Shown piece by piece: positions 39,310 through 49,366 of a stretch of DNA of 64,000 nucleotides. The notes beneath the pieces are model-generated. The model was not told the origin of the DNA, ran no database searches, and worked only from the letters and a program-made list of their open reading frames with translations. A program made the translations under genes and the position numbers. Where the stretch lies: the NCBI GenBank assembly GCA_963702415.1, contig CAVPCP010000025.1, positions 29,973-93,972 on the forward strand, written 5' to 3'. This DNA comes from an uncultured Bacteroidales bacterium. GTDB lineage: Bacteria > Bacteroidota > Bacteroidia > Bacteroidales > VadinHA17. The first letter of the stretch is position 1, and each line of letters opens with the position of its first letter.

Positions 39310-42300
39310 ATGAGAAGTTTATTTGTGCTTTTCATTTCATTACTATGCGCTTTGCAGATAAATGCCCAGCAGGTGGTTACCGGGAAAGTAATGGATGACA
39401 AAGACACTCCTCTGCCAGGAGTTTCAGTTCAGGTTATAAACACACTCCGCGGAATCTATACCGGAATTGACGGTAGTTATACGATTACGGCACAGCCTTC
39501 CGATACGCTGGTTTTCAGAATGATGGGAATGACTACTCTTAAAGAGTTCGTCGGTAACAGAACTCTCATAAATGTCAATATGAATGTTGATACAAAGCTA
39601 ATGGAAGAGGTTGTTGTGATCGGCTATGGAAAGGTAAAGAAAAGTGACCTTACCGGCTCTGTAAGTTCTGTAAAAACTGAGGACCTGTTAAAAATAACTT
39701 CACTGAACCCTGCACAAAGTCTCCAGGGTAAGGCGACAGGGGTTCAGGTCAGCAGCACCTCGGGGGCACCCGGAGCAGGAGCTACAATAAGAGTACGTGG
39801 AGTAGGCACTTTTAACAACTCTTCTCCCATCTTTGTCGTCGACGGAGTTATCCTGGATGATATCTCCTTCCTCAACACTTCTGATATAGCTTCCATGGAA
39901 GTTCTGAAGGATGCTTCTGCTACAGCTATTTACGGATCAAGGGGAGCAAACGGTGTAATTATCATCACAACAAAAACAGGGACAATAGGCCAGGAAAAGG
40001 CCAGTTTTAATTTCAGCTCGGAGTTTGGAATCCAAAGCCTGGCAAAAAAGATTGACCTGCTAAACGGGAGAGAGTTTGCTGAAATATCCAATGAAATCGT
40101 TCCCGGATCGTATAATAATGTGGATCTTGTTCCCAACACCGACTGGCAGGACCTGATATTCAATACCGCACCTGTTCAGAATCACCAGTTTTCAATTACC
40201 GGTGCAACCAAACTCACCCAGTATTATGTAGGTATTGGCATGTTCATCCAGGATGGGATCATTGATAAATCGAGTTACAATCGTTTCACGCTTAAGCTGA
40301 ACAATACATATAATTTAACTCCCCACTTCAGGCTTGGTAATAATCTGACTATTGCGCCTTTCAGGCAGGAAAATGCACCAAACGTCACCTATTCTGTTTA
40401 CCGTGCACAACCTTTACTGGAACCTTATTATGAGGATGGTTCCTATGCTGTAGTGTATAATGTTGGAAATCCTCTGGCCGATCTTTCTTATTCGAACAAC
40501 TTTGGGAAGGGAATTCGTGGTGTTGGGAATATTTTTGCAGAAGCAACCTTTTTGAAATCATTCACCTTTAAGTCAAGCTTTGGGATTGATGCTTCCTACA
40601 ATAAATACAACAGCTTCACTCCGGCTTATACCGTATATAATCCCGACGGAACCGCTTCCCAGCAGCAGAATGTTCTCAGCGATATATATAAAGGAAATTC
40701 TGAAAACCTTAACTGGCTCTGGGAAAACACACTCAATTTCAATAAAATCTTCAACGATATTCATGCCCTTGATATTGTTGCGGGTTATACCATGCAGGAG
40801 ACATCCTCTGAGTCAATGAGTATCTCCGGAGAGAACGTAATACGTGACGGGAAAGATTTCTGGTACATCAATCCCTCGTACATTTACGACCCTGCCAATA
40901 ATGTCAATAAGATCCAATCCATATATAACGGAGTGGATCCGGGCCAGTACTATTCAATGATCTCCTACTTATTCAGGGCCAATTATACTCTGAGAGACAA
41001 ATACATTCTAACCTTTACATTCAGGCGGGACGGTTCATCAAAATTTGAAAAAGAAAACAGGTTTTCCAATTTCCCTTCGTTTGCAGTCGGATGGAACGTG
41101 GGGAGAGAAGAGTTTATGAAGTCGATCCCTTTTATTTCGAGCCTGAAAGTCAGGGGCAGCTGGGGCATTATTGGCAATGAGAAGATCAGCTATTATGACC
41201 GTTACTCGAGAGTTCAGTCAGACCTGCTCGCAGTGTTGGGGAATCCGGATGCTCCCCTGCCCGGAGCTTCCTACGGTAAGAACGGTAATCCTGACCTGAA
41301 GTGGGAGAGCACCACCCAGACAGACCTGGGAGCAGAGATTGGATTTTTTAATAACAGGTTGACGAGTGAGTTTGATTATTATCACCGTAAGACAGATGAC
41401 ATTCTTGTTGAACTTTCCACTCCTGGTCATCTTGGAAACGGACAGGGACAAAAAGTACGGTATAATGCTGCTTCGGTATTGAACAGCGGATTCGAATTTA
41501 ACCTGAGCTGGAAAGAAAGCAGCGGCGATTTCAATTACAAGATAGGAATTCTCGGATCTACCATTCATAATGAAGTATTGAGCATCGGTGGTAGTAACAG
41601 CGGAGTAGATTCTGTTCTGATCGGAGGCTACCTGGGTGACGGCAGACCTGTAACACTTAGCCGCGAGGGCTTACCTATCGGGGCTTTCTACGGATATAAG
41701 ACAGATGGCATCTTCCAAACCAATGAAGAGCTTGATGATTATCCTCACTCTTCACAGGCAGAAGCAGGGGACCTCCGGTTTGTCGATGTTAACAACGACG
41801 GGATATTGGACGGGCTTGACAGAACTTACATTGGATCACCTATACCAAAGCTTATTTTTGGATTCAATGCTGAGGCTGAATACAAGGGAATTGACTTTTC
41901 TTTAGATTTTCAGGGGCAGACTGGTAACAAGATTTTCAATGGGAAGGAAGTTGTCAGGCCTGATCCATATAACTTCGAGCAACACGTCTTCGACCGGTGG
42001 ACCGGTCCTGGAACCAGCGATAAGGAACCAAAACCGTCGTTTGGAGGATATAATTACACCCCTTCCGACCGGTTCATTCAGGATGGTTCATTCGTCAGAC
42101 TAAGGAGCGTGACTTTGGGTTATACCATGCCTTCTTCACTCATTAAGAAAGAGTTAATACAACAATTAAGGGTATATATCAAAGGATCTAACCTCTTTAC
42201 CCTGAGCAAATTCACAGGGTACTCCCCGGAAATTGGAAGCTACGATGTGTTATCCAACGGGATTGATTTTGGTATTTACCCCATTACATCAACATATTCA

Positions 42301-42324
42301 ATTGGCGTCAATCTGACTTTCTGA
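39310..42324 (+). CDS. susC: SusC/RagA family TonB-dependent transporter
   Basis: EEVVVIGYG, DLTGSVSSV, EVLKDASATAIYGSRGANGVIIITTK, NPDLKWE, terminal NLTF. Confidence 0.97.
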   Translation: MRSLFVLFISLLCALQINAQQVVTGKVMDDKDTPLPGVSVQVINTLRGIYTGIDGSYTITAQPSDTLVFRMMGMTTLKEFVGNRTLINVNMNVDTKLMEEVVVIGYGKVKKSDLTGSVSSVKTEDLLKITSLNPAQSLQGKATGVQVSSTSGAPGAGATIRVRGVGTFNNSSPIFVVDGVILDDISFLNTSDIASMEVLKDASATAIYGSRGANGVIIITTKTGTIGQEKASFNFSSEFGIQSLAKKIDLLNGREFAEISNEIVPGSYNNVDLVPNTDWQDLIFNTAPVQNHQFSITGATKLTQYYVGIGMFIQDGIIDKSSYNRFTLKLNNTYNLTPHFRLGNNLTIAPFRQENAPNVTYSVYRAQPLLEPYYEDGSYAVVYNVGNPLADLSYSNNFGKGIRGVGNIFAEATFLKSFTFKSSFGIDASYNKYNSFTPAYTVYNPDGTASQQQNVLSDIYKGNSENLNWLWENTLNFNKIFNDIHALDIVAGYTMQETSSESMSISGENVIRDGKDFWYINPSYIYDPANNVNKIQSIYNGVDPGQYYSMISYLFRANYTLRDKYILTFTFRRDGSSKFEKENRFSNFPSFAVGWNVGREEFMKSIPFISSLKVRGSWGIIGNEKISYYDRYSRVQSDLLAVLGNPDAPLPGASYGKNGNPDLKWESTTQTDLGAEIGFFNNRLTSEFDYYHRKTDDILVELSTPGHLGNGQGQKVRYNAASVLNSGFEFNLSWKESSGDFNYKIGILGSTIHNEVLSIGGSNSGVDSVLIGGYLGDGRPVTLSREGLPIGAFYGYKTDGIFQTNEELDDYPHSSQAEAGDLRFVDVNNDGILDGLDRTYIGSPIPKLIFGFNAEAEYKGIDFSLDFQGQTGNKIFNGKEVVRPDPYNFEQHVFDRWTGPGTSDKEPKPSFGGYNYTPSDRFIQDGSFVRLRSVTLGYTMPSSLIKKELIQQLRVYIKGSNLFTLSKFTGYSPEIGSYDVLSNGIDFGIYPITSTYSIGVNLTF

Positions 42325-42329
42325 ACAAG

Positions 42330-43811
42330 ATGAAAACCACAATAAAAATATCAGTTCTTCTTATTCCCTTCCTGTTTTTCACATCCGGATGCGAAGATTT
42401 TCTGCAGAAGGATCCACAGGGAGAGCTGACACAGGAAGAATTTCCTGTTAGTCAATCAGATGCTTTACTGGCTACAAATGCCGTTTATTCGACCATTCGC
42501 GAATGGGGCTATCATTCAGGGGGTTATCCCATTCTGGACATCATTTCGGACGATTCGCATAAAGGGAGCAATCCAAATGATCAGCGTCCCACAGTGGGTC
42601 CGTATGATAATTTTACCCATTTATCCACCCAGGATGGTCTCGACCGATGGTGGAGCACATTGTACCAGGGAATAAAACGGGCAAATGTTGTTATTACAAA
42701 AGTACCCCTGATCGGGATGGATACTGTGTTACGTAATCGTTATGTGGCAGAAGCAGAATTTTTTCGGGGATTATTTTACTTTGATCTGGTGAGAGCCTGG
42801 GGCGGGGTTCCCATGATCACTTCACTCAATCCACCTCTGAAAGTTGCAAGGTCGGCAAAAGAGGAGATATATGATCTCATTATTAGTGACCTGTTAAACG
42901 CTGTGAAAAATCTGGCTGAAAAGAGTGCACTGGAAACAGGGGACATCGGACGGGTAACTAGAGGTGCCGCCAAATCGCTGCTTGCAAAGGTATATTTATT
43001 CCAGGGGGACTTTGTCAATGCAGAGAAATATGCTCTTGAGGTTATCAATTCAGATGAGTACGAACTAGAGGCTCTGTTTGCCGATGCCAACAGCAAGCCT
43101 GGTGAACATGGAAGTGAGTCGATCCTTGAGGTGGGTGCACTAGAGGTTGAAGGGTCAGGTGGTAACCAGTATGCAAACACTCAGGGAGTAAGGGGTTCAC
43201 CTAACAGGGGGTGGGGTTTTAACAGGCCTTCGCTCGATTTACGCAATTCATTCGAACCCGGTGATCCCCGTCTCGATGCAACGATAATCGATCTTGGAGA
43301 AACATTGGATGGTGTCCTGATCCTTGGTGATGGGACAACACCCGATGAAACATTGGATGAATTAAATAATGTGATTGAAGTAGAATGCTACAACCAAAAG
43401 GTATGGTACCCAGGACCAAATACGATCACCCAGTGGGGACATAACAGAAGGTTGATCCGTTATGCCGACGTTCTGCTTATTGCTGCTGAGGCATTAAACG
43501 AGAATGACAAACCAGGTGAAGCGGTTGTTTACCTGAACCAGGTAAGGGAAAGAGCCAGAGAAGGCAACAACGCCATCCTACCTGCAATTACAGAAACAAA
43601 CAAGGATCTCCTGCGGGATATTATCCTGAATGAGAGGAGACATGAGCTCGCTCTTGAAGGACACAGGTTCTGGGACCTGATAAGGACAGGGAAAGCATCA
43701 TCTGTCCTTGCTCCGCTCGGATTTGTCACCGGGAAACACGAACTATTACCGATCCCTCAGAATGAAATAGATATTTCACAGGGTACTTTAATACAGAATC
43801 CAAACTGGTAA
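42330..43811 (+). CDS. susD: SusD/RagB family glycan-binding lipoprotein
   Basis: TSG-C lipobox, RYADVLLIAAEA, ERRHELALEGHRFWDLIR, QNPNW. Confidence 0.96.
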   Translation: MKTTIKISVLLIPFLFFTSGCEDFLQKDPQGELTQEEFPVSQSDALLATNAVYSTIREWGYHSGGYPILDIISDDSHKGSNPNDQRPTVGPYDNFTHLSTQDGLDRWWSTLYQGIKRANVVITKVPLIGMDTVLRNRYVAEAEFFRGLFYFDLVRAWGGVPMITSLNPPLKVARSAKEEIYDLIISDLLNAVKNLAEKSALETGDIGRVTRGAAKSLLAKVYLFQGDFVNAEKYALEVINSDEYELEALFADANSKPGEHGSESILEVGALEVEGSGGNQYANTQGVRGSPNRGWGFNRPSLDLRNSFEPGDPRLDATIIDLGETLDGVLILGDGTTPDETLDELNNVIEVECYNQKVWYPGPNTITQWGHNRRLIRYADVLLIAAEALNENDKPGEAVVYLNQVRERAREGNNAILPAITETNKDLLRDIILNERRHELALEGHRFWDLIRTGKASSVLAPLGFVTGKHELLPIPQNEIDISQGTLIQNPNW

Positions 43812-43843
43812 ATTTTTTTGTTTAACTAAATACGCGATTGATT

Positions 43844-45079
43844 ATGAAAAGAAAACATGTTATTTTAAGTCTTATTCTTGCCACTGTGTTGATCTCAGTA
43901 GTGGTACACGGCTGCAAAGAAGATGAGCCTCTACCCCTGGCTTTGGAGTCACTTGTTGCAGGAACGATCGACCTCAATGGTGCGACCTCCCCGGCAAATG
44001 TACCGGTAATGCCCACGATTACGGCAACCTTCAATGTATCGGTTGATCCGGCTACCGCAACTGCGGCTAATATTACAATGGTTCAGGATTATGATGACGC
44101 AGCTATTACGCTCGACATTGTATCGGATGATAAAGTTATTACAATTACTCCAACCGCTGATCTGGGTCCGGGAACTCTCTACCAGCTTAGCTTCGGTGCA
44201 GGATTGATGTCAACAGACGGTCTGCCTCTTACAGCAGTGCAAAGGACTTTTACTACAGAAGGCACTTTTGCTCCTGCAGGAGCTATCGCTTATTTTGCTT
44301 TTGAAGATAATGCCAACGATCAGGTTGGGACATTCGATCCTGTGCCAGCTGATATAATAGCTATAACCTATACTGCTTCGAGAAAAGCAGCTGCAGGAAA
44401 GGCAGCAACCTTCAATGGAACAACCAGTATTATTGAAGTCCCTAATGGAGATGATCTGATAACTACTAATAATTTCTCGATTTCTTTCTGGGTAAAAACC
44501 AATTCAACGGATAAGACAAGCGGAAATTTTGTTATGGGCCTTGCAGGTTGGAATGGTTTCCAGTATGAAATATTCGGAGGATTTGAAGGAGCAAAATTCG
44601 CTTTCCAGTACAAGTTTGCTGATAATACATCCGGTTCAGAAGATATGTGGTTTCCAGCTCTTGCAGATCTTGGCTGGCAGGGTTGGACCTTTGCGAAAAG
44701 TCTTACCATTGCCCAGATGACTGCCCTTCTGAAAGATTCATGGCTTAATGTTGCCTACACCTACAATGCAGCAACCAAAGTCGGTACCTTATACTATAAT
44801 GGAGAGAAAATGAAGAGCTTTGATTTCAACCTGTGGCCTGCCACAGATCCTAAAAAGGGTGTCACCGGACTGAAGTATGCCGGAAACGCATTGGGTAATA
44901 ACCTTGCATTCGGATTTATCCAGGGAAGGAATAACAGGACTATTACTGATACCTGGGCTGATTATGCTCATGCTGATGCAGCTAACCATTTTAAAGGGCA
45001 GCTCGATGATGTCAGGATCTGGCATAAAGTCATTTCGGCCAACGAAATCCTTTTGATGTACAACTCAGAGAAACCGTAA
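43844..45079 (+). CDS. surface glycan-binding lipoprotein (Ig-like Big_5 + LamG/ConA domain)
   Basis: VHG-C-KEDE (acidic export signal), ITATFN..D, TFTT, FSISFWVK, FKGQLDDVRIW. Confidence 0.8.
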   Translation: MKRKHVILSLILATVLISVVVHGCKEDEPLPLALESLVAGTIDLNGATSPANVPVMPTITATFNVSVDPATATAANITMVQDYDDAAITLDIVSDDKVITITPTADLGPGTLYQLSFGAGLMSTDGLPLTAVQRTFTTEGTFAPAGAIAYFAFEDNANDQVGTFDPVPADIIAITYTASRKAAAGKAATFNGTTSIIEVPNGDDLITTNNFSISFWVKTNSTDKTSGNFVMGLAGWNGFQYEIFGGFEGAKFAFQYKFADNTSGSEDMWFPALADLGWQGWTFAKSLTIAQMTALLKDSWLNVAYTYNAATKVGTLYYNGEKMKSFDFNLWPATDPKKGVTGLKYAGNALGNNLAFGFIQGRNNRTITDTWADYAHADAANHFKGQLDDVRIWHKVISANEILLMYNSEKP

Positions 45080-45100
45080 TTCGTATATTTGAAGTCAGTT

Positions 45101-45143
45101 TAGGGAGAGTACGGCAAGTTCCCTGTCCTCTCCCTTATTTTTT
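45101..45143 (+). terminator. intra-PUL stem-loop / terminator
   Basis: AGGGAGAG...CTCTCCCT followed by TATTTTTT. Confidence 0.55.
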
Positions 45144-45152
45144 CTCTTAAAA

Positions 45153-47129
45153 ATGAAAATTCTTTTCAGAGGGGTCTGGTTGCTCATCTTCACTTTTACC
45201 CTTTTTTCGTGCGAGAATAAGGATAAAAATGATGGCATTCCGCCAGGTTATGTTCAGCTTGTACGTTCCAGAGTCGGTACCGTCTATCTTGATCTAATGC
45301 AAACTGTCCATGAAATACCTGTGGATAAGAACATTGTGATAGAATTCAGCAATGTATTGGATACCTCGACCGTTAAAAAGAGCATATTGCTTAAAAAAGA
45401 AGGCACCGCAATAGTGGACGTCAAAGTTTCTTACATGGATGATAACCGGACGGTAGTTCTTATCCCCTTTCAAGACCTTGATCATTATATTGATTATACC
45501 CTCGAAATAACATCTTCCCTGAAGGGGATTAACAAGGAGACCTTCCCGGGAGTGACCTATAGCTTTACTACCATTAATGGTACAATGGTAATCACCAATA
45601 TTACCCTGAACGATCAATCGTTTAATCCACCTGCGCTGCCAAAGGATGTAAGCCGAACATCGAATACCATCGTGATTGATTTCTCTGAAGCCCTTGATCC
45701 GGTCACTTATCAGTCCTCCTTCGTTTTTTCAGGTCCCACTGTCCCTTCGATTGCTCTCTCGGATGGAAATAAGAAGGTGACACTTACTAACTTTGGTACA
45801 CTTGACTATTATAAAAGATTTTATTTGACTATTTCAGTTAACCTTACCGCACAAAATGGTTTCAACTTCGATGGTTTCACAAATTCTTTCTATACCTCCC
45901 TTGATTCAACTTATAAATTTCCTCAGCTGACGGATGAAGAGCTGCTTGAACTTGTACAGCACCAAACCTTCAGGTATTTTTACGACTTTGCTCATCCCAA
46001 CAGCGGATTGGCACGTGATCGTAACACATCAGGTGATGTAGTTACCATAGGTGGCACCGGGTTTGGAGTAATGGCTTTGATAGTGGGAATAGAAAGAGGA
46101 TTTATTACCAGGGCACAGGGACTTACCCACATGGATAAAATGCTCGGTTTCCTTGAAACCTGCGATCGCTATCACGGTGTATGGCCGCACTGGCTCAACG
46201 GAGCGACAGGAAAAACTGTACCATTCAGTTCAAAAGATGATGGAGGCGACCTGGTGGAAACCTCATTCCTGATCCAGGGACTTTTATGTTTCAGGCAATA
46301 CCTCGATTCAGACATCCCGGAGGAACAGTCCATGATAAACCGGATTAATAGTCTTTGGCAAGCAGTGGAGTATGACTTCTTCACTCAGGGACTGAATGCC
46401 CTCTACTGGCACTGGTCGCCCAACTATGGTTTCCAGATAAACATGATGCTCAGGGGATACAATGAGACTTTAATCTGTTATGTACTTGGTGCCGGATCTC
46501 CCACACATTCAATCAGTAAGGATACTTATAAATATGGATACATGAATAACGGATCCATTCTTAACGGAAATACTTATTATGGAATTACACTGCCAATTGG
46601 AGGGCCGTATGGCGGACCACTCTTTTTTACTCATTATTCCTTTCTTGGGCTTGATCCGGGTAGCCTTGAAGATATTTATGTGAATTACCGGGACCAGAAT
46701 GTAGCCCATGCTCTTATTAACTGGAAGTATTGTGAAGAAAATCCCATACATTACGTAGGATATAGTGCTGATTGCTGGGGGCTTACTGCCAGTGATAATC
46801 AATCGGGGTACAGTTCCCATTCCCCCACAAACGACCTTGGAGTGATAAGCCCTACCGCTGCTGTCTCATCACTTCCCTATACTCCTGAACAATCCATGAA
46901 TGCTATCAGGCACTTTTACTATATGCTCGGTGACAGGCTCTGGGGTCCATACGGATTCTATGATGCTTTTAATATCACTGCCGGCTGGTGGGGCACCTCC
47001 TATCTCTCAATTGATCAGGGGCCTATGGTGATCATGATCGAAAATTACCGTACAGGACTGATCTGGGATCTTTTCATGAGCTGCCCGGAAGTGCAGAATG
47101 GATTGACGAAACTCGGGTTTCAAAAATAA
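45153..47129 (+). CDS. lipoprotein with two Ig-like domains + glucoamylase-family GH144 endo-beta-1,2-glucanase
   Basis: QTFRYFYDFAHPNSGLARDR, GGTGFG, HGVWPHW, DDGGDLVET, GGPLFFTHYSFLG, WGLTASD, YGFYDAF, IDQGP..MIENYR. Confidence 0.88.
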   Translation: MKILFRGVWLLIFTFTLFSCENKDKNDGIPPGYVQLVRSRVGTVYLDLMQTVHEIPVDKNIVIEFSNVLDTSTVKKSILLKKEGTAIVDVKVSYMDDNRTVVLIPFQDLDHYIDYTLEITSSLKGINKETFPGVTYSFTTINGTMVITNITLNDQSFNPPALPKDVSRTSNTIVIDFSEALDPVTYQSSFVFSGPTVPSIALSDGNKKVTLTNFGTLDYYKRFYLTISVNLTAQNGFNFDGFTNSFYTSLDSTYKFPQLTDEELLELVQHQTFRYFYDFAHPNSGLARDRNTSGDVVTIGGTGFGVMALIVGIERGFITRAQGLTHMDKMLGFLETCDRYHGVWPHWLNGATGKTVPFSSKDDGGDLVETSFLIQGLLCFRQYLDSDIPEEQSMINRINSLWQAVEYDFFTQGLNALYWHWSPNYGFQINMMLRGYNETLICYVLGAGSPTHSISKDTYKYGYMNNGSILNGNTYYGITLPIGGPYGGPLFFTHYSFLGLDPGSLEDIYVNYRDQNVAHALINWKYCEENPIHYVGYSADCWGLTASDNQSGYSSHSPTNDLGVISPTAAVSSLPYTPEQSMNAIRHFYYMLGDRLWGPYGFYDAFNITAGWWGTSYLSIDQGPMVIMIENYRTGLIWDLFMSCPEVQNGLTKLGFQK

Positions 47130-47281
47130 ATGACAGGTAAGCTTCTTTCCTCCTTGTAAACACGAACTCCATTCATCCTCTTTATTTTCAATTAAAGCTT
47201 TGCATTTTTCACAATATTACAGGCAGCTCCTCCGGAGATATTTATGATCCGGGGTGGTGTCTCTCCCTGCTTTAGCCGATA

Positions 47282-47346
47282 TGTGAATGATGTAATTAGT
47301 TTCAAAAGTTATGTAACACTTATCAGGTCAGATATGACGATCTTTA
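47282..47346 (+). promoter_or_regulatory. regulon motif copy 5
   Basis: TGTGAATGATGTAA-N16-TGTAA-N22-GATCTTTA. Confidence 0.8.
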
Positions 47347-47382
47347 TCGTTTAAAAATTCATCCCCGGTAAAATACAATTAA

Positions 47383-47850
47383 ATGAAAAAAATTATATTT
47401 TTCACCGTTTTTACAATACCTGTTATGGCAGGAATAATCTTCACAGGTTATTGGTCATCAATCCAAAAGCAAAAAGCTGCCCAGACTAAAAATGTGTTTA
47501 CTAATCCTGAATTGGCTTCAGCCCAGGAGGATGCAAATGTCACAGCTCAAACAGCGGCAATCCCTGAGGAGTGGAAAACATTCAGAAGCAAGTCAGAACT
47601 GAAAGTCAGAGAAAATGAAGTCCGAATCACTGAATTAAATTTAAAATTGAATAAACCTGGAGAAAAATTTGATACAATTTACGAAAAAAAGATTGCTATT
47701 CTGGGACTACAAAACAATGACATGAAGGCAAGGTTGGAGGCTTATGAGAAAATCCAAAGCGATTGGGCAACTTTTAAGGGTGAATTTAATCATGAAATGT
47801 TTGAGGTTGAAGAAGCATTGAAGGATCTAATGGTTGACAACAAAAATTAA
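47383..47850 (+). CDS. exported coiled-coil protein, stress-island type
   Basis: Hydrophobic N-terminus; EEWKTFR..E....NE..I, SDWATFKGEFNH. Confidence 0.65.
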   Translation: MKKIIFFTVFTIPVMAGIIFTGYWSSIQKQKAAQTKNVFTNPELASAQEDANVTAQTAAIPEEWKTFRSKSELKVRENEVRITELNLKLNKPGEKFDTIYEKKIAILGLQNNDMKARLEAYEKIQSDWATFKGEFNHEMFEVEEALKDLMVDNKN

Positions 47851-47862
47851 TTAAGTCAACTT

Positions 47863-48591
47863 TTAGTGTTCAGTTTTCTTTTGCTTTTGCTTTAGTTTTA
47901 GCTTTAATTCTGCAATAATCAGCTCATATTTGGTTATTCCTTTAGCCAGTTTTTTATTAGTAATCCTTAAATTATTCAACGCTACTTCAGCATCAATCTT
48001 TTCATCGATAAGTTGCATGCGCAAACGCTGTATCACATCCAGTTTTTTTTCCAATAAATAATGCAATTTAATAAGTTTCTCTTCTTCTTTCTTAATTTCT
48101 GATATGTCAGTTGCCACCAGTATGCAATAATCCCCTTGCAGATAAGCAGGTAAAAACTGAATGGATAGTTTCAGATATAATGAGTTGATCAATGATATTA
48201 TCAGATCATTGTTTTTTTTATGGGTCTGTTGAGTAACCAATTTGTCAAATTTTGGTTTATCATCTGGAACGATGAAACGATTAAAGTATGAACCAATCAC
48301 TCGCTCAATTGGTTCATTCACAATATCAGCAAATCTCTGATTACAATAGATAATTATACATTCTTTTGAAAGAGTAATGGCTCCTTCATTCATTTCTTCA
48401 ATAAACATACGATATGGTGTTTCAGCAGAACTAATAGAATAAACTTGTTCTCCTTTAGCACCAGAAACCACAATCGCATCCACTTCTCCGCTTCGGATTG
48501 CTGTGAGCGTTTCTTCAGTTTCAGCCAGGCGAGAATGTAATTCTTCATTCTCAATAATGAGTTGTTCTTTTGTTTTGCTCATTGATATCAT
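47863..48591 (-). CDS. Kai-associated PAS/coiled-coil protein lacking a kinase domain
   Basis: ETEETLTAIRSGEVDAIVV, ETPYRMFIEEMNEGA, YCNQRFA; basic coiled-coil C-terminus with no H-box. Confidence 0.8.
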   Translation of the reverse strand: MISMSKTKEQLIIENEELHSRLAETEETLTAIRSGEVDAIVVSGAKGEQVYSISSAETPYRMFIEEMNEGAITLSKECIIIYCNQRFADIVNEPIERVIGSYFNRFIVPDDKPKFDKLVTQQTHKKNNDLIISLINSLYLKLSIQFLPAYLQGDYCILVATDISEIKKEEEKLIKLHYLLEKKLDVIQRLRMQLIDEKIDAEVALNNLRITNKKLAKGITKYELIIAELKLKLKQKQKKTEH

Positions 48592-48627
48592 TATTATAAA
48601 TCAAATGTGCTATAATACCTGAAAATC

Positions 48628-48977
48628 TTACAGGTCTTTTACCTTTTTTAAGTCTAACCCCAAAAGTACTTTTTCCACGTTTGACATATCTCCAATAATA
48701 CGACGGAATGGAAGCGGTAGTTTCTTAATCAATGTCGGCGCCGCAATAATCTGCTCATCTTTTGCTAAGCTTGGCATTTTATACAGGTCAATCACTTCAA
48801 GTTCGTATCTCCCTTCAAGATTTTCTTCGCAAATCTTTTTCAGGTTAGTCAGTGCCAGGACTGACCGGCTTGTTGTACCGGTAATGTATAAACGCAATAT
48901 ATATTTGTCCTTGCCTGATTGAGATATTGATCATATCAAACTCTGCTGATGAGTCTTTTTGTTTTTTTCTCTTTCAT
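48628..48977 (-). CDS. kaiB: KaiB family protein (second copy; 5' end apparently frameshifted)
   Basis: [48 protein letters not shown]. The track ORF starts at TTG 48897; the likely ATG is at 48977 in another frame. Confidence 0.9.
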
Positions 48978-49008
48978 AATTTTGACTGATAAATATTCTA
49001 TTTACAAA

Positions 49009-49350
49009 TCAGTTGACAGGCAGTAAATCCAATCCAACAAGAACCCGTTCTCTATCTGAGAGATCACCGATTATCTTGCGAACAGGTACCGGCAATTTTC
49101 TTACTAATGTTGGTAAGGCAAGGATCTGGTCCTCGTTACCCAACTGTGGATTTATCAATAGGTCAATTACTTCAATGGAATATTTCCCCTTCAATTGTTC
49201 TTCACATATTTTTTTCAGATTTGTAAATGCGGTAAGAGCTTTTGGTGTTTGTCCTGCAACATATAAACGAAGCATCCACTTATCATTTTCTGTTTTATCA
49301 GGTTTTTCTTTTTTAATTTTTTTATCTGAATTTTCCTTCTTTGATTTCAT
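49009..49350 (-). CDS. kaiB: KaiB family protein
   Basis: [41 protein letters not shown]. Confidence 0.95.
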   Translation of the reverse strand: MKSKKENSDKKIKKEKPDKTENDKWMLRLYVAGQTPKALTAFTNLKKICEEQLKGKYSIEVIDLLINPQLGNEDQILALPTLVRKLPVPVRKIIGDLSDRERVLVGLDLLPVN

Positions 49351-49366
49351 TGGATATTCGTTTTAA

